Shown in pieces: positions 10,559 through 20,680 of a stretch of DNA of 64,000 bases. Both the position numbers and the translations under genes were made by a program. The notes below the pieces were generated by a model that did no database searches, was not told the origin of the DNA, and was given only the letters and a program-made list of their open reading frames with translations. The DNA comes from Candidatus Latescibacterota bacterium. GTDB lineage: Bacteria > Latescibacterota > UBA2968. The stretch spans positions 5,344,001 through 5,408,000 of the forward strand of contig OZ240241.1 of the NCBI GenBank assembly GCA_965198115.1, given 5' to 3'. Position 1 is the stretch's first letter; every line of letters starts with the position of its first letter.

Positions 10559-11539
10559 TTACAGAACGACTTTCGCGTTTCCTTCCTGCTGCGATTGCAG
10601 AATGCCCAGCATCATCTTCACCACCTCGCGTCCGTCATAAACCGTACACGACGATTCGCCTTTTCCGTCCAGAATGTCGACGAGTTCGTGAACACCCGCT
10701 TCGATCCCCTCCACTTCCCATTCGGGTGCTTCAACACTTGTTATCTCGCCCTCCCTCACGATTTGAGCAGTCCCGTCGTCACCGATGTAGAGCTGCCCTT
10801 CCGACCCCAGGACCTGAAGTCGAACGCCGCCCTTTGATCTCTTCTCCCCGATATAGTTGCCCCGGACTCCGTTCGCGAAATGGATATAGGCATTCGCGCT
10901 CGGCTCCGTATCGGGGTCGTGTCCTCCGTCTCCACGATATTCGCTGTAATCTTCATACCCCGCTTCTGCTTCGGCCATCAACCACTCGGGCTTCGGATTC
11001 CCTGCAAACCAGTAGACCGCATCCAGGATGTGAGTCCCGTTCCTGAACAGCATCGCGCGAGGACCAGGATGGATCGCAATCACCGTACTCACGTCGCCAA
11101 TGACCCCTTCTTTGTGGATCAGTTCGTGGCTCCGATGCCAGACCGGCATCCAATGTCGCGTGTGGTCTACCGTCAGGACTACGTTGTTCTTTTCACACGC
11201 CTCTACCATCTGATCAGCAGCCTCCACACTCACAGCCAATGGCTTCTCGCAAAAGATGCCTTTGACGCCTGCTTCGGCCGCACCCACGACCAGGTTCGTG
11301 TGGGCATTATCGCCTGTCGCGACAGTCAGGATATCAAGCTCGGCTTTCTCGAGCATTTCCTGGAAGTCCTTGTAAAGCACGAGATTCGTGTTCACAGCCC
11401 CGAACCGCTCATCGAAGTCCCTCAGCTGTTCATCCACGATATCGCATCCCGCCACGATCTCGGCATTCTCAATACTCATCACCCCGTTCCCGTGACGTAT
11501 CCCGATCCCCCTGCACCCAATTACCCCAACTCTATACAT
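10559..11539 (-). CDS. Gfo/Idh/MocA family oxidoreductase
   Basis: GVIGCRGIG Rossmann motif, CEKP, GTHILD. Confidence 0.92.
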   Translation of the reverse strand: MYRVGVIGCRGIGIRHGNGVMSIENAEIVAGCDIVDEQLRDFDERFGAVNTNLVLYKDFQEMLEKAELDILTVATGDNAHTNLVVGAAEAGVKGIFCEKPLAVSVEAADQMVEACEKNNVVLTVDHTRHWMPVWHRSHELIHKEGVIGDVSTVIAIHPGPRAMLFRNGTHILDAVYWFAGNPKPEWLMAEAEAGYEDYSEYRGDGGHDPDTEPSANAYIHFANGVRGNYIGEKRSKGGVRLQVLGSEGQLYIGDDGTAQIVREGEITSVEAPEWEVEGIEAGVHELVDILDGKGESSCTVYDGREVVKMMLGILQSQQEGNAKVVL

Positions 11540-11718
11540 ACCCGCCTCCGTGTGTGCGTCGAGAGCCTAAGCCTGCACTCCCGTACCTGGGTGCCAACCC
11601 AGAGGTCCTCCCTGAATGGGACCTGGATTCCAGGCTGGCCAACCCTCCGTGTTCTCCGTGGTTCGTTTTTGTTCTCTTCCGTGTGTTCCGTGCCGTAGAG
11701 CCTGCCTCGAAGAGGTGG

Positions 11719-12711
11719 TCAGGTTCTTTTCTCGCGAATCATCGCAATAAACCGACGCCCGTTCCCCGAGAAGTGATCCTCGATTTCATCGTTCGTGAGC
11801 CCAAGCATTTCAGCCACCTGACGCTCCTGCCGTAGTTGCTCGTAGATGACCAGCGTGGCCCGTGGATCGCAGTGAGGCAGATGATCTCTTCCGTCGAACT
11901 GATTCCATGCCCTCCCCCAGGTGATGTATTTGCCGCGGTCACATCCAGCCACGATGTTATCCGATCCGAACATCACTCGTTTTCGATCTTCGTGTTTCAT
12001 TAAAAGAAAATGCGAATACAGATCGTTGATCGCGGACGTATCGTACCAGATATTGGGCAACCCGCAGAGAAATTCGATCGCGCCTTCCATCATGAACGAA
12101 TTGAAAGCTCGAGCACAGTGGGCAAGTAGCCATTGTGCACCCGAATAGTCCCGCGTGTAACGTTCCAGGTCAGCCTGGTTTTCTGGATCGGCGGGTCCCG
12201 TGAATTTGGACAGGTGCATTGTGATCGCCAGATTCATGTCGTGTGCGACTTCGATCTGGTGCTCTGGTAGGAAATCTCGTATTCGGGCTCCACCTGGATC
12301 CGGCGCAAACGTGCGGTATGGCTTGAGACCCAGAAAGTTGTGCCTCTTCACCTGTTTGGACACGTAGTCTGCACTCATATTGGGCGACACCATCATGTTC
12401 ACCGCGGACTCGGGATCGGCCGCCAACTCCGAAGCCATCCAGTCATTGTGTCCCTCAGCGTCCAGACCGACGATCGGTGTCCCGATCACGAGGAAATGAA
12501 TCTCACGACCCGGGTAGAGATCGGCGGCCCAGTCCAGGTGTGACTGATAGCCAAAATTAGTCCGTAGCCCCCCGGGGTCTCCCGCCGCTTTGCCTTTGTG
12601 ATCCTCCGACCAGATGTGCGTGTGCATGTCGTAAATCACATCCGGAACGAACCCCTCCAGTTCGGCCTCCCAGATCTCACGGTCGAACGCATTGTATTCA
12701 AAGTCAGCCAT
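11719..12711 (-). CDS. Amidohydrolase family protein
   Basis: DMHTH, LAHC, DTS, RVMFGSD. Confidence 0.85.
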   Translation of the reverse strand: MADFEYNAFDREIWEAELEGFVPDVIYDMHTHIWSEDHKGKAAGDPGGLRTNFGYQSHLDWAADLYPGREIHFLVIGTPIVGLDAEGHNDWMASELAADPESAVNMMVSPNMSADYVSKQVKRHNFLGLKPYRTFAPDPGGARIRDFLPEHQIEVAHDMNLAITMHLSKFTGPADPENQADLERYTRDYSGAQWLLAHCARAFNSFMMEGAIEFLCGLPNIWYDTSAINDLYSHFLLMKHEDRKRVMFGSDNIVAGCDRGKYITWGRAWNQFDGRDHLPHCDPRATLVIYEQLRQERQVAEMLGLTNDEIEDHFSGNGRRFIAMIREKRT

Positions 12712-13041
12712 GGCCCATTCCACCTCTGTCGAAGGCAACCGAGGATGTGAGATAACCTCTGTTCGACCGTATTCAAACCAAAATCGACACCACCACGGCT
12801 GCCCCTGACGATGGGAGCGATGCCGCCGCTACTCTTTGCCACTGGTCACAAGTCATTGGCCAATGGACACGTTTCCCCATCCCACGTCCAGAGCCTGCTT
12901 CGTGCGAAGCGAGAAGAACGTATGGGGCGTTCTCTGGCCGTGAAAGGGCCGCATAAAATACCCCTTGGTACCCGGCAGTTCTTTGCATACTTCTTCTTCG
13001 TTGAAGCCTGCGAATCCGAGGAAAGATCGAGGAGGATCCGA

Positions 13042-14106
13042 ATGAAAGCCGCCGTTCTAGGAGCCGGGGAGGCTCACTTTAGCGCTCACCTAAGCACCCT
13101 CCAGGTATTGCCCGAGGTAGAATCCATCTACGTCTGGGGGGACAATTCAGATGCGCTCGCGACTCTGGAGGGAGAAGCGAAAGTCGAGGGTCTCTTTTCC
13201 GACGTGGACGATCTGCTCGCCCAGAAGGACTTCTTCTTCGCAATCGCCAGCGTGCGTAGCGACATCAAGCCCGACCTGTTTGGTCGGTTGCTCGACGCGG
13301 GAATCCATCTGATGGCCGAGAAGCCGATGGGAACGTCCACTTCGGCTGTGGCTGAGCTCGTGGAGAAGGCAGATGCAGCGGGACTCGCGCTCGGAACGTG
13401 CTACCAGAATCGCTACCACCCGGTGAACCAGAAAATCAGGTCACTCGTCGCCGAAGGTGCGATCGGTGAGCTCATGTCCATCGAGATGCGTATGCTCACT
13501 TCGCAGCCCAAGTTTCGAAACCCGAGCGGGTGGCTTTTTCAGAAAGACATCGCGGGCGGAGGCATGCTCGCGTGGCTGGGGTGCCACTACATCGACCTGA
13601 TGCGCTATCTCACAGGAGATGAGATCGTCTCCGTTTCAGCTGAGGTCGCGACACGAAGCGGCTCAGATATCGACGTGGAAGACATCGCGATACTGACCAT
13701 GCGGCTTAGCTCTGGAGCGATCGGGTCTCTTCACACAGGCTACACCCTCTCGCTCAAGGGTGAGGCCTACGGAGACACACCAGGCTACGACACCTACATC
13801 GGCCTCAATGGACGACACGGACGGATGATGTTCGATTCCGAAGGTGTGCCTAGCCACCTCTATTTCGAATCGACGACACCCGAATGGGCGAACGCGCCCG
13901 TCACCGAATTCGACTTCGTGGTAGGCGCATCGCCCGCCTACGCGGGAGTGCCTGGAGAAGCGTTCATCCGGGACTTCATCCTGGCCGCGCAGGGGAAGGG
14001 CGAGGGTTCTGCGACGGGTAGGGACGCCCTTCAGGTCGCCCGCGTGATCGATGCTGCCTACGAATCCTGTCGCACGGGCAGCCGCATCGATATCGAGGCG
14101 CCCTAA
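13042..14106 (+). CDS. Gfo/Idh/MocA family oxidoreductase
   Basis: GGAGG RBS; VLGAG, EKP, GGGML..LGCHYID. Confidence 0.92.
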   Translation: MKAAVLGAGEAHFSAHLSTLQVLPEVESIYVWGDNSDALATLEGEAKVEGLFSDVDDLLAQKDFFFAIASVRSDIKPDLFGRLLDAGIHLMAEKPMGTSTSAVAELVEKADAAGLALGTCYQNRYHPVNQKIRSLVAEGAIGELMSIEMRMLTSQPKFRNPSGWLFQKDIAGGGMLAWLGCHYIDLMRYLTGDEIVSVSAEVATRSGSDIDVEDIAILTMRLSSGAIGSLHTGYTLSLKGEAYGDTPGYDTYIGLNGRHGRMMFDSEGVPSHLYFESTTPEWANAPVTEFDFVVGASPAYAGVPGEAFIRDFILAAQGKGEGSATGRDALQVARVIDAAYESCRTGSRIDIEAP

Positions 14107-14120
14107 CGACCGGAGTCCAA

Positions 14121-15566
14121 ATGCCAGATAGCCGTCCTAACATCGTCCTCATCACCACCGATCAGCAACGGGGTGACTGTATCGGGATCGACCCCCTGGC
14201 GCCAGAAGCGTTGCAGACTCCCAACCTCGACTGGCTGGCGCGCACGGGAACCCATTTTCGGCGCGGCTACTCCGAGTGTCCGAGTTGTATTCCTGCCCGA
14301 CGCTCCCTCATGACGGGGACCGCGCCGGCCGCGAACGGATGCGTCGGATTCCAGAACGCCGAGTGGAACCCCCGTCACACGCTCGCCGGAGAGCTCACGA
14401 AGGCGGGCTATCAGACAGAAATGGTCGGCAAGCTGCATCTCCATCCACCCGAAAAGCGATTCGGCTTCGATCATATGCAGCTCGCCAATGCAACCCGAGG
14501 TGAGCCCAACGACTATGTCGAGTGGCTCCAGGAGCGCCACGGCCGATTCGATGAACATCCGGGGATGGCCCACGGTGTGTCTGCCAACGGGTGGGTCGGG
14601 CGCCCCCATCATCTACCCGAAGAACAGATGCACACCTTCTGGTGTATCGATCGCGCCATGCATTTCCTGCGCAGAAGGGACACGTCCGTTCCCTTCTTTT
14701 TGAACATTTCATTCATCGATCCCCATCCCCCGCTCACCCCACCCCGGCTCTACTACGACCGCTACATCCACCGCGATCTTCCCGAACCCGTCATCGGGGA
14801 CTGGGCGAAGGACTACAGCCGGCCCGAGAAAGGACTCAGCCCGAACGCGTGGGAAATCTCGCTTGGCGAGCACGACATGCATTGCAGCCGCGCTGCCTAC
14901 TACGGGATGATCAACTACGTCGACGATCAGATCGGGCGACTCGTGCAATACACGGGCGGTCTCGGCGATTGTCTCGTCATCTTCACATCCGACCACGGCG
15001 AGATGCTCGGCGATCACAACCTCTTTAGAAAAACGTGGCCCTATGAGGCATCGGCCCGGGTGCCTTTCCTCATTCGCCCGCCCACCGATTGGGACTACCC
15101 CGAGGAAGTCACGTGCCAGTCACCGGTCGGCATCCAGGACATCATGCCCACGATTCTGGATGCAGCTGACACTGATATCCCGGACACGTGCTCGGGCAAG
15201 AGTCTCTTACCCATCCTGCGAAAGGAAGCGACGGGGGTTCGTGATGTGCTCCACGGTGAGCACTCGGGATGCTACGCATACGATCACGGAAACCACTACC
15301 TTACGGACGAAACACACAAATACGTCTGGTACACTCAAACCGGCGTCGAACATCTTTTCGACCTGTCGACCGACCCCAACGAGATGCACGACATCGGACG
15401 CGAAGACGATGGAGACGCGAAGCTCGCGCCCTGGCGAAATCGTCTCATCAACTTCCTGGAGGGTCGACCGGAGGGATTCACCGACGGCGAAAAACTGATC
15501 GCGGGGCGCCCCCACCATCATCTCTTGCCTGACTACGACCCGAACGAGTCTTATCCGTTCCTTTAG
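14121..15566 (+). CDS. Arylsulfatase
   Basis: TDQQR, CIPAR, GKLH, DPHPP, SDHGEMLGDH. Confidence 0.93.
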   Translation: MPDSRPNIVLITTDQQRGDCIGIDPLAPEALQTPNLDWLARTGTHFRRGYSECPSCIPARRSLMTGTAPAANGCVGFQNAEWNPRHTLAGELTKAGYQTEMVGKLHLHPPEKRFGFDHMQLANATRGEPNDYVEWLQERHGRFDEHPGMAHGVSANGWVGRPHHLPEEQMHTFWCIDRAMHFLRRRDTSVPFFLNISFIDPHPPLTPPRLYYDRYIHRDLPEPVIGDWAKDYSRPEKGLSPNAWEISLGEHDMHCSRAAYYGMINYVDDQIGRLVQYTGGLGDCLVIFTSDHGEMLGDHNLFRKTWPYEASARVPFLIRPPTDWDYPEEVTCQSPVGIQDIMPTILDAADTDIPDTCSGKSLLPILRKEATGVRDVLHGEHSGCYAYDHGNHYLTDETHKYVWYTQTGVEHLFDLSTDPNEMHDIGREDDGDAKLAPWRNRLINFLEGRPEGFTDGEKLIAGRPHHHLLPDYDPNESYPFL

Positions 15567-15590
15567 TACTGCGTGCACGAAGGAGGATGC

Positions 15591-16430
15591 ATGGCTTCAT
15601 TCCGACTCTCCGAAGCTCAGTTGAACCGGTTCAACACTTTCGGATTTCTGGTGCTGCCGGGATTGATGGCCGATTCGATCGAGGAGATCACCAATGCCTT
15701 CGAAGAAGTGTGGGGCGAGCGCGGCGGTGGGCACCACGGCAAGCCCCACGACGGCCAGCGTCGATCCTGCATCGTGCCCTTTATCGATCAGCACGAACGA
15801 CTCTGCGCTCTTCTGGACGATCCACGCATCGAAGGTCTGCTCGACGGCCTGCTCGGCAAGAGTTGGAACTACACGGGATCGGACGGCAACTACTACGCTG
15901 GCGACACGAACTGGCATTCCGACGGATACACAAAGCAGATCCGCTACACGAAAATCGCTTTGTATCTCGATCGACTCACACGCGACACGGGATGCCTTCG
16001 CGTCATACCCGGCAGTCACCGAATGGGCGACGCCTACGCCGAAAAACTGGAGGCCGAAGCACGCGAGTCCGAGGAACATTGGGGTTTGAAAGGCAACGAG
16101 GTCCCGGCCGCCGCCCTCGAAATCGTGCCGGGCGACATCGTCGTCTTCCAGCACAACCTGAAGCACGCCGCCTTTGGCGGGGGAGGACGTCGACGCATGT
16201 TCACGATTAATTGTTGTGAACGCGTCTCGGACGATCGCCTGCCGATGCTCAGAAAGAACCTCGAAGGCATGGCTCGGTTCTGGATCGACCGCGCGTACGG
16301 CGAAAAAATGATCGCCACGGCCAACAAAGGACGCATGGTCCACCTCGAACAGGTCATGGCCAACGACGACCACATCGCCGCCCTTGCGTCCAAAGCGCGC
16401 GAAGAAATGGACGAACCCTCGCGCGGCTAG
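15591..16430 (+). CDS. Phytanoyl-CoA dioxygenase (PhyH) family Fe(II)/2OG oxygenase
   Basis: FGFL, WHSD (HxD), GCLRVIPGSH, GDIVVF..H, terminal R. Confidence 0.88.
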   Translation: MASFRLSEAQLNRFNTFGFLVLPGLMADSIEEITNAFEEVWGERGGGHHGKPHDGQRRSCIVPFIDQHERLCALLDDPRIEGLLDGLLGKSWNYTGSDGNYYAGDTNWHSDGYTKQIRYTKIALYLDRLTRDTGCLRVIPGSHRMGDAYAEKLEAEARESEEHWGLKGNEVPAAALEIVPGDIVVFQHNLKHAAFGGGGRRRMFTINCCERVSDDRLPMLRKNLEGMARFWIDRAYGEKMIATANKGRMVHLEQVMANDDHIAALASKAREEMDEPSRG

Positions 16431-16616
16431 CGCCACGCGCATTGACCATTAACCAATGACAAGTGACCAGTGGTCCAAGCCACCGGACCCGATGAGACCT
16501 CAAATACTCTTCCCGAATAGGGCCCCGATCCAATCGCTGCTACCCCGTTCGTGTGTTTCGTGGTTAGGTTTCGGTTTTCCGTCCGTGTATTCCGTGTGTT
16601 CCGTGGTCCAGGTTTT

Positions 16617-17531
16617 ATGATCGAACTCATCCATCACGAAAAGATCTGGGACAGCGGTCCCCACAACGCCTTCACCGACCTCGTCAGGTTCGGGGACAGC
16701 TGGTTCTGTACCTTTCGCGAAGCGCAGACCCACGGGTCACCGGCCGGCACAATTCGCGTGCTGAAATCCGACACGGGCGACGATTGGTCGAGCGCGGCCG
16801 AACTTGTCAAAGCGGGCATCGACCTTCGCGACCCCAAGCTCTCCATCACACCGGACGATCGGTTGATGCTCATCATGGGCGGCAGCAGCCACGCGGCTGA
16901 TGGCGATTATCAAACACGATCGCCTCGGGTCGCGTTCTCTCAGGACGGCACCTCCTGGACCGTGCCCACACGCGTTCTCGCGGAAGATCACTGGCTTTGG
17001 CGCGTCACGTGGCACGGCGACATTGGATACTCGGTTTCAAAGCTCGGAGAGGGCTCCCATCCGAGACGCGGTTTTCTCTACTCGACGCGCGACGGTCTCG
17101 AGTGGGAATGGATCACCGAGTTCTTCCTGCCGAACGACACGTGGACTGCGAGCGAAACGACGCTTCGCATCATGCCCGACGAAGAAATGGTTGCCCTCAT
17201 TCGCCCAAACTGGATCGGCACCAGCCCGCCGCCCTATACCGACTGGCAGTTCACGCAGATCGACTATTCGCTCGGCGGCCCCAACTTCATCCGGCTTCCC
17301 AGCGGCGCCCTTTGGGGATCGGGCCGTGTCCGAAACGCCGATGGCCAGCCCGAAACCGCACTCGCTAGAATGACGACCACGACGTTCGAACCGGCATTCA
17401 GCCTCCCTAGCGGAGGTGACAACTCGTACGCCGGCATGGTCTGGCACGAGGATCTGCTCTGGATGAGCTACTACTCCTCCCACGAGGGCAAGTCCAGCAT
17501 CTATCTCTCGAAACTGAGACTCGACGACTAG
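16617..17531 (+). CDS. Sialidase-like/BNR beta-propeller protein
   Basis: HNAFTDL, DLRDPKL, Asp-box-like S.DG..W repeats, GDNSYAG, SYYSSHEG. Confidence 0.8.
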   Translation: MIELIHHEKIWDSGPHNAFTDLVRFGDSWFCTFREAQTHGSPAGTIRVLKSDTGDDWSSAAELVKAGIDLRDPKLSITPDDRLMLIMGGSSHAADGDYQTRSPRVAFSQDGTSWTVPTRVLAEDHWLWRVTWHGDIGYSVSKLGEGSHPRRGFLYSTRDGLEWEWITEFFLPNDTWTASETTLRIMPDEEMVALIRPNWIGTSPPPYTDWQFTQIDYSLGGPNFIRLPSGALWGSGRVRNADGQPETALARMTTTTFEPAFSLPSGGDNSYAGMVWHEDLLWMSYYSSHEGKSSIYLSKLRLDD

Positions 17532-17545
17532 CGATCGAGGACACC

Positions 17546-18637
17546 ATGTCTACACTCACCGAATCCTCCGAGACTCAGACCCAGGCTGAGGACAAGGCCT
17601 ACCGTGTCATCGACACGGACATCCATCACTCCCTCCCCGACTGGGATGCCCTACAACCCTACCTGGACGAGCCGTGGCGAACCAAAATCGTCGCGCCCAA
17701 CTCCAGGGTCGGCGGGCTCGGCGTAGAAGCAGGACGTAGTCGACTCGACGCGACTCCTCCCGACGGAGGCGCACCTGGCTCGGATCCGGGATTCCTGATT
17801 CAGCAACTCATCGTTGAAAACCACGTCGACATCGGCATCCTCACGGGAAACATCTACGGTTGGAACGTCCACCCCAACCCGGAGTACGCCAACGCCGTCG
17901 TCGCCGCCTTTAATGACTACACGATCGACAAGTTTCTCACGCCTCACGAACAGCTGAGGGCGGCCATCGCAGTCAACTCGAATGACCCAGAGGCTGCCGC
18001 AGCCGAAATCGATCGCCTCGGTCCACGCGACGACATGGTGATGGTCATCATCGGCGGCACATCTACGACGCCTTACGGCCAGAAATACTACCATCCCATC
18101 TACGAAGCCGCGTTGCGTCACGACCTTCCTGTCGGAATCCACGTCGCTGCAGCGGGAACCGGCATCGCTCACGCGGCTACGGCTATCGGGACACCTCGCA
18201 CGTTCTTCGAATACCACAGTGGCTTGCCTCGGATCTACATGGCGCAACTCACCAGTCTGATTGGCGAGGGCGTGTTCGAGAAGTATCCGGACCTGAAATG
18301 GGTCTTCATCGAATCTGGTGTCGCGTGGCTGCCGCACGTCATGTGGCGGCTCGACAAGGAATGGAAAGGTCTTCGTCGCGAGGTCCCCTGGGTTAAACGG
18401 CCACCGAGTGAAGTCATCAAAGAGCATTGCTACTTCACAACACAACCGCTCGAAGAGCCACCCAACAAGGAATGGTTGTTGCAGATTTTCGAAATGATAG
18501 ACGGTGAGAACTGTCTACTGTACGCCAGCGACTACCCGCACTGGGACTTCGACGCCCTCCACGTGCTGAACCACCTGCCTCAGCATTACCGGCAACGGAT
18601 TTTCCAAGACAACGCCAAGAAGCTGTTCAAACTGTAG
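17546..18637 (+). CDS. Amidohydrolase_2 family protein (candidate amidohydrolase-related dinuclear oxygenase)
   Basis: DTDIH, LPVGIH, GVFEKYPDLK, ESG, SDYPHWD. Confidence 0.88.
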   Translation: MSTLTESSETQTQAEDKAYRVIDTDIHHSLPDWDALQPYLDEPWRTKIVAPNSRVGGLGVEAGRSRLDATPPDGGAPGSDPGFLIQQLIVENHVDIGILTGNIYGWNVHPNPEYANAVVAAFNDYTIDKFLTPHEQLRAAIAVNSNDPEAAAAEIDRLGPRDDMVMVIIGGTSTTPYGQKYYHPIYEAALRHDLPVGIHVAAAGTGIAHAATAIGTPRTFFEYHSGLPRIYMAQLTSLIGEGVFEKYPDLKWVFIESGVAWLPHVMWRLDKEWKGLRREVPWVKRPPSEVIKEHCYFTTQPLEEPPNKEWLLQIFEMIDGENCLLYASDYPHWDFDALHVLNHLPQHYRQRIFQDNAKKLFKL

Positions 18638-18988
18638 ATGTCCAGCCACGTCGTCTGCAAGACCACGGAGCTTCCACCAGGTTCAAGACGAATCGTGGAC
18701 GTGGATGGCAGGAGCATCGGCATCTTCAACATGAATGGAGACTACTACGCCTTGCGGAATGCGTGCGTCCACAACCAGGGTCCTGTTTGCGTCGGTCGCG
18801 TCGGTGGTACATATCTTCCATCCGAGCCGGACGAATACAACCCCGGTCTGGAGGGGCGCGTCCTGCGTTGCCCCTGGCACGGCTGGGAGTACGACATCAC
18901 CACAGGTGAAAACTTGATCGACCGCAAACTGAAACTGAGATCCTATCCGGTCACGATCGAGGATGGAAACGTGGTCCTGGAGGCGTAG
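18638..18988 (+). CDS. Rieske [2Fe-2S] ferredoxin
   Basis: CVH...CPWH Rieske motif; ATG directly follows the upstream TAG. Confidence 0.93.
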   Translation: MSSHVVCKTTELPPGSRRIVDVDGRSIGIFNMNGDYYALRNACVHNQGPVCVGRVGGTYLPSEPDEYNPGLEGRVLRCPWHGWEYDITTGENLIDRKLKLRSYPVTIEDGNVVLEA

Positions 18989-19131
18989 GCACTACGATTC
19001 GAACCGAGCTGCAGGCTCACGAGGAGGCGAGGGGCCGTGCCGTCTCGGGTCATCAGAAGTCGATGTGACTGGATGGATGTTGCAGTACATCGCCCTGCAG
19101 TAAAGACACCCTAAACGGAGTTGGTGCACGC

Positions 19132-20680
19132 ATGACGGGCCTTGAATACGTTGCCCGGATTCTGAAGCGGGAAGGCGTCGAATGGATGGCCTGTTTTCCG
19201 AGCAACCCACTGATCGAGCAAGTGGCCAAGGTGGGCATACGACCGATCGCTTTCCGCCACGAACGGGGAGCAGTGATGGCCGCGGATAGTTTCAGTAGAA
19301 CGAGCAACCGGCGGCGATTTGGTGTCGTCGCCGTTCAGTCACAGGCGGGGGCGGAGAACTCGATGGGAGGGCTGGCTCAGGCCTATGCGGACGGGATCCC
19401 GCTCCTGGTTTTGCCGGGTGGCCTTCGTCTGAGTCAGATCGCTGTCCGTCCGAATTTCTCGGCTTCGGTGAACTACCGGGGCATCGTAAAGAGCGTCGAA
19501 GCGATCTACGCGCCCGACCAGGTCGGCAGTGTCATGCGACGTGCCTTTCACGCCCTTCGCAACGGCCCGCCAGGCCCCGTCGTCGTGGAATTGACAGGCA
19601 ACGTCTGCGCACAGGACGTGCCGGAGGACGCACAGAACTACCACGCTCCCAAACCCTCACGTCAGGTGCCCGCAAACGGCGACATCCAGGATGCGGCGAA
19701 AGCCTTGCTCGGCGCGAAGAAACCGGTCATCTGGGCGGGTCGTGGGGTTCTTTTTTCAAACGCGACGGAAGAACTTAAAACACTGGCCGAGCTCACCGCC
19801 ACCCCCGTCTTCTGCACGATGCCCGGCAAGTCCGCACTCGATGAGCGACACCCCCTCGCGCTAGGCGCAGGAAGCGGCGCAACGACGCAACCGGCCCATC
19901 AATGGCTGAAAGACAGCGACGTCCTGCTCGCCCTCGGCGCCAGCCTGACAAGAACCTTTTACGCCCAGCCCATTCGCGGCGAGAAGACCCTGATCCAGAA
20001 CTCGATCGATCCCGGCGACATCAACAAGGAAGAAGCCGTAGACATCGGCCTGATCGGGGACACGAAACTCACGCTCCAGGCGATGATCGACGAAGTAAAA
20101 GCGCAGGTGGGGGAAGATGGAACGGGTGACGCGAAGGCCGTCTCAAAAAAGATCGCGGCAGTTCGCCAGGTGGATGAAAGAATGGACGCCGCTCCTCACG
20201 TCGGACAAGGAGCCACTCAACACCTATCGGGTCATCAACGAGATCAACGAAACGCTCGACCGCGACAACAGCATCGTCACACACGACGCCGGTGCACCAC
20301 GCGATTCGATCGTCCCTTTTTACACCGCCACGACGCCCCACAGCTACATCGGCTGGGGCAAGACGACCCACCTCGGCTTCGGCATCCCGCTCATGATCGG
20401 CGCCAAACTCGCCCACCCCGACCGCTTCTGCCTGAACCTGATGGGGGACGGCGCGTTCGGCATGTCGGGACTCGACATCGAAACCTCCGCGCGGGCCGGC
20501 ATTCCCATCACAACCGTGTTGCTCAACAACGGCGGCATGTCCACGTATCCACCGACCAACTTTCCCACGGCGAGGGAACAGTATAACGTCTCACACATGC
20601 AGGGGGACTACGCGAAGATTGCAGAAGGCATGGGCGCAGTCGGCCTCACCGTCAAGAAAGTCGGCGAAATGCGCCCGGCG
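19132..20680 (+). pseudogene. Thiamine-diphosphate-dependent enzyme (acetolactate-synthase-like), frameshifted near 20170 and truncated by IS256
   Basis: RHERGA and PGPVVVE in the first frame; GDGAFG...NN ThDP motif in a second frame; runs into the IS256 end at 20681. Confidence 0.85.

Noticed and set aside
20150-20180. Programmed frameshift at the A-run in the ThDP gene
   Set aside because: The gene is truncated by an IS anyway and this family is not known to use recoding
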